Assembly: GCA_900128395.1 (NCBI GenBank)
Contig: LT649338.1
Location: 1-36,308 of the forward strand
Direction of reading: 5' to 3'
DNA: 36,308 bases
Source: Stramenopiles sp. TOSAG23-2
Lineage: Eukaryota
The position numbers and the translations under genes were made by a program. Shown one piece after another: positions 34,001-36,308 of this stretch. The notes under the pieces are model-generated. The model saw only the letters and a program-made list of their open reading frames with translations, was not told the DNA's origin and did no database searches. Position 1 is the first letter of the stretch. Every line of letters begins with the position of its first letter.

Positions 34001-36308
34001 CTAGTTCATCGGTTTTCTCTTTTGCAATAGAAACAGCAGCTAGAGCGGACGCTGCGATTGTATTTACCTGAATTGTATGCTGAGCGCTATTAACAGCTAA
34101 TTTTGCCGTCTCAAGCGCTTCTTTCACCATATCAACTTCATGCAAAGTATTTACTTCAATGCTACCGATTGCTTGGGCTAATCGCTCTTTAACAGGATCT
34201 AATTTTTGATTTGCTTCCAACAATACACGCTCTTCTTCCTCTTTGCGTTTTTCTTCTACTGTTATCAACGCTCTAACTTTTGCAAGTTTTGAAGAGACGT
34301 CATCAATCGCAGTGGATGCAATGACAGCATTATCAGATCTGCCACTTCTTAATATTTGTCTTACATAATCAATCGATTTATGGGCGGAAGAAATACCATC
34401 TTCAATCGGATCAATGTGTTGCATACCACCATCTGTAATAATAGCATCAATATTGGAACATTCATCTACTAATGGTTCTAGTGCTTTCCATAATCTTCGC
34501 TTCTCTCTCGTCCATTTATCACGCCCTTCTTTTTCCTCTTTCATAACGCTAGAAACCGTCTTAACTTCTTCAATTGCAAGTGAAACTGCATTGTTGAAAC
34601 GATCTAAAAATGATATATCCTTTTCCTTTAAAACGGATTCCGCGTCTTCAACAGCTTTTGTTGCGGCTTGCAATGCATTTGTTACATGTGGTGCATCACC
34701 TAAATTTGAAACTTCGACTGTTGCTCTCACAATATTTAATTCATCAATATATGGCTCTAGCATTTCCAATGCTTTCTTACGTTGCTCTTCCAAATGAGCC
34801 ATTGCATCTTGTACTCTTGAGACCTCCGCTTCTGCTGCATCGACGTGCGTGACTGCATTGGCAACTGCGCTATGTATTTCAGAAGCAGTTCCACTTTCAA
34901 TTGCTTGCACAGCAACATTAATAGCCCTTTCAGCGACATTAATACAGTCATCTATTTCCAGTACGGTAGAAAGGTTATTTACTTTTACTAAGGCGCAAAT
35001 AGTGCTGAATTTTTCCATTGAGGGTTCTAAGTGACTTTGGCCATTTTGACGATCTTTATCTAATTTATATTTCTTTTCCTTCTCTGTTTTACATATGTCT
35101 TCTGCTTTTGCAATTTCTACATCTGCAACTTTCACAGCAGAAATAAATGCAGATGTACTAGAACTTACAGAGCATCTACGAGCCGTCGCTATTGCATTTT
35201 CCGCAACTTGTTTCGCTGATTTGACGGTGTAAATATCTGATATACCAGATGCATTTGCGCTCTCCTGTATATTATATAACCGTCTCGTACATGATTGTAA
35301 ATTTTCCTCTGCAATTGCCATTTCTTTTTCGATTTTTTTCTTTCGATTATCCTCTGAAATGACTACCGAATTAGCATTTGATATTTTTTCTGCCAAATCT
35401 TTCAACAGCCCGCGGTATGTATCTACGTCTTCGCTTTTATTAATAACAATCTCAACATCATTTATTGATCTTTGTGCATCATCCATCACTGATTGTACAT
35501 GCGCAGAGCTCCATAATGAATTTTCATCAGCAATGGACATTCCTTTTGAAAAATTATCCACAAGATCACTCAACGAAGTTAATGCAGCTGCTCGCTCGTT
35601 CGACACTTTATTTATTCTTTGTCTTTCCGTTTCAACTTGGTTGCTTGCATCATTTACAGCATTTGTTGCGGTTTGAAGGGCCGAAAAAAATGATGCCGTG
35701 TTATCTGTGGTTAAAATACCTTCGCATGCTTTTATGGACTTAAATGCTGATGATACAGATGAAGATGTAGCATCGGATACTTTGACATTGCTATTGTTAA
35801 TGTCCGTCAAAGCTTCGTACATTGTACTCATATCATCGCACTTATTTTTTACTTCGACAAGCTGCTCCCGCACATTTTTCCTAGCATCATTTATCTGTGC
35901 TCTTCTGTCAACATGTTCACGTACAACTTTCGAATACATCTGGATTGACTCAGTTGCACTTTCTAAATCTCCCTTTACATGCACACCATCCGAACTGACT
36001 TTACCCCCCTTTTCATTATATAATGACTGTTTTACACGATCTAACAAGTTTTGCGCCTGTGTTGCACATTTTGCTACAGCTTGGATATTATGCACTACAC
36101 TCTCTTTTGCGACTAAATCTATATTTTCCAATTCTTCTTGCGCTGCGGTAACTTTGTTAGCCATCACGTTAAATTGTGCACGGCGTCTAGCCGTACGCAA
36201 TTGATCTTTCATTTCTCGACGAGCTAAATATCCCCGTAATAGTCGTTGACATACCATAACACTAGCAACGGTTTGTGCAAATCTTGTCCTTGCAACTCGT
36301 CCTCTGAA
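31098..36308 (-). CDS. 5'-truncated giant protein: IQ motifs, long array of ~90-aa helical repeats, disordered Pro-containing region, EF-hand-like pair; possibly a myosin neck and tail
   Basis: Frame is open to the window edge (FRGRVARTRF...CQRLLRGYLARR = tandem IQ-like motifs); AFRRYDRKGDGLIYSSQF and MNRRDDGRIEYESL are EF-hand-like. Confidence 0.75.
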   Translation of the reverse strand, partial: FRGRVARTRFAQTVASVMVCQRLLRGYLARREMKDQLRTARRRAQFNVMANKVTAAQEELENIDLVAKESVVHNIQAVAKCATQAQNLLDRVKQSLYNEKGGKVSSDGVHVKGDLESATESIQMYSKVVREHVDRRAQINDARKNVREQLVEVKNKCDDMSTMYEALTDINNSNVKVSDATSSSVSSAFKSIKACEGILTTDNTASFFSALQTATNAVNDASNQVETERQRINKVSNERAAALTSLSDLVDNFSKGMSIADENSLWSSAHVQSVMDDAQRSINDVEIVINKSEDVDTYRGLLKDLAEKISNANSVVISEDNRKKKIEKEMAIAEENLQSCTRRLYNIQESANASGISDIYTVKSAKQVAENAIATARRCSVSSSTSAFISAVKVADVEIAKAEDICKTEKEKKYKLDKDRQNGQSHLEPSMEKFSTICALVKVNNLSTVLEIDDCINVAERAINVAVQAIESGTASEIHSAVANAVTHVDAAEAEVSRVQDAMAHLEEQRKKALEMLEPYIDELNIVRATVEVSNLGDAPHVTNALQAATKAVEDAESVLKEKDISFLDRFNNAVSLAIEEVKTVSSVMKEEKEGRDKWTREKRRLWKALEPLVDECSNIDAIITDGGMQHIDPIEDGISSAHKSIDYVRQILRSGRSDNAVIASTAIDDVSSKLAKVRALITVEEKRKEEEERVLLEANQKLDPVKERLAQAIGSIEVNTLHEVDMVKEALETAKLAVNSAQHTIQVNTIAASALAAVSIAKEKTDELDEVVRLELQRLSKAKSDLKKAMQTLSDLKQMLSNAEIRAQVGDVETEESVVNAKKHAKATLKKATDFFLADVNDDMDDEYTSSFKVVRSSDHYRDLIRESSLAVTSYETLVTQEVQSKKEAQRLTRQRKMEERRKEEVEAKELRKREEDSAKLREKAALMLDPATAQLANIQGLIELQGISNVPVIQERLKTAKRAVANAQTQLLSGDPTLAITATQATKQMVDHLEETVKHVKVEKSKYMMNKRKKQLHYARLLGALQTFDDCERYLEKNEVNDEDVVRVAMRTAKEALEKAQDSCKMENFEFSLGFEDVSEYIPVELVDANVKSALSLTELAKKTAHREAKIAIEKGILESKIVKDKRYIEDALSKFDYAMQKLSALKARSQIKIVQDIFADKHVVIDALQSAEAAIQSAEMKLSDSHDEPAAIYASVVFAVEKVNDASRAIDREETRLVVKNRRDYEKAKKANDHLNNNRGDLLAYIKESKSTKQLFRNLSFKNNRTNKIKRINFPIKRNNYTSKSSPSSRRLMSTDDDVSEEELEDGYFTTRRDNLAKTNIAINNRNSNNGKKQKRKDSYHLKLTPAMIRLLPKHARMKLLESKNNEEKNKAEEQKNNDEINNNDNSHKQDSDTTTIHDLAESSSMSDIEKRLKSISEKNKNIQVDSNNNKRNKRNDVMNFDNSVEARTPISDTSFQKVNVTKEYNRSDNRNNQQDGPAKKDNSTPLIPPPEAMSMEDSTTTIEEMGTNDAYDDNYIGNDFDDVSGQIRQNSTAVNSNGTFIPPPPPPPIATDDNEIENFDEVAKDRLLEIIAGVIHKQKGLFGRLIENVRVAFRRYDRKGDGLIYSSQFEQAIENLDLRLNKNQKKSLIRAMNRRDDGRIEYESLLRALKLKRSNLLRGMSNEERNYKFGKREIPRTRKTKFKPPYQKRNINDWNNTIREKLKRNKVAGSARETERGRRLAQRAKEMSYKKF

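Noticed and set aside
32777-36204. Several 60-170-aa plus-strand ORFs
   Set aside because: Antisense shadows of the large minus-strand CDS

Overview
Gene-dense, AT-rich eukaryotic nuclear DNA with few short GT-AG introns, TA/CA/AAT microsatellites and Asn-rich proteins. The organism is probably a flagellated protist; stramenopile-like is an inference, not a search result. Recognisable genes: a PHD/ePHD chromatin protein, RNA polymerase III RPC2 (2 exons), mitochondrial BolA3, an orphan PRMT C-terminal fragment, a bacterial-type DUF5069-like protein, a 2-exon GPH/MFS_2-like transporter, gamma-tubulin, a UDG-superfamily protein, a GET2/CAML-like protein, MTAP, a 9-repeat basic protein, a membrane RING-H2 ligase, peptidase S51, and the 3' part of a giant IQ/helical-repeat/EF-hand protein. 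Three observations stand out. (1) A 957-aa disordered protein carries 15 R-F-x-hydrophobic motifs plus a C-terminal coiled coil, resembling the TSC22D/WNK CCT-docking scaffold architecture. (2) A ~970-bp foldback element has 390-bp near-perfect arms and sits between divergent genes. (3) A frameshifted pseudogene has lost essentially all CpG, unlike its neighbours. All calls are by eye; no searches were run.
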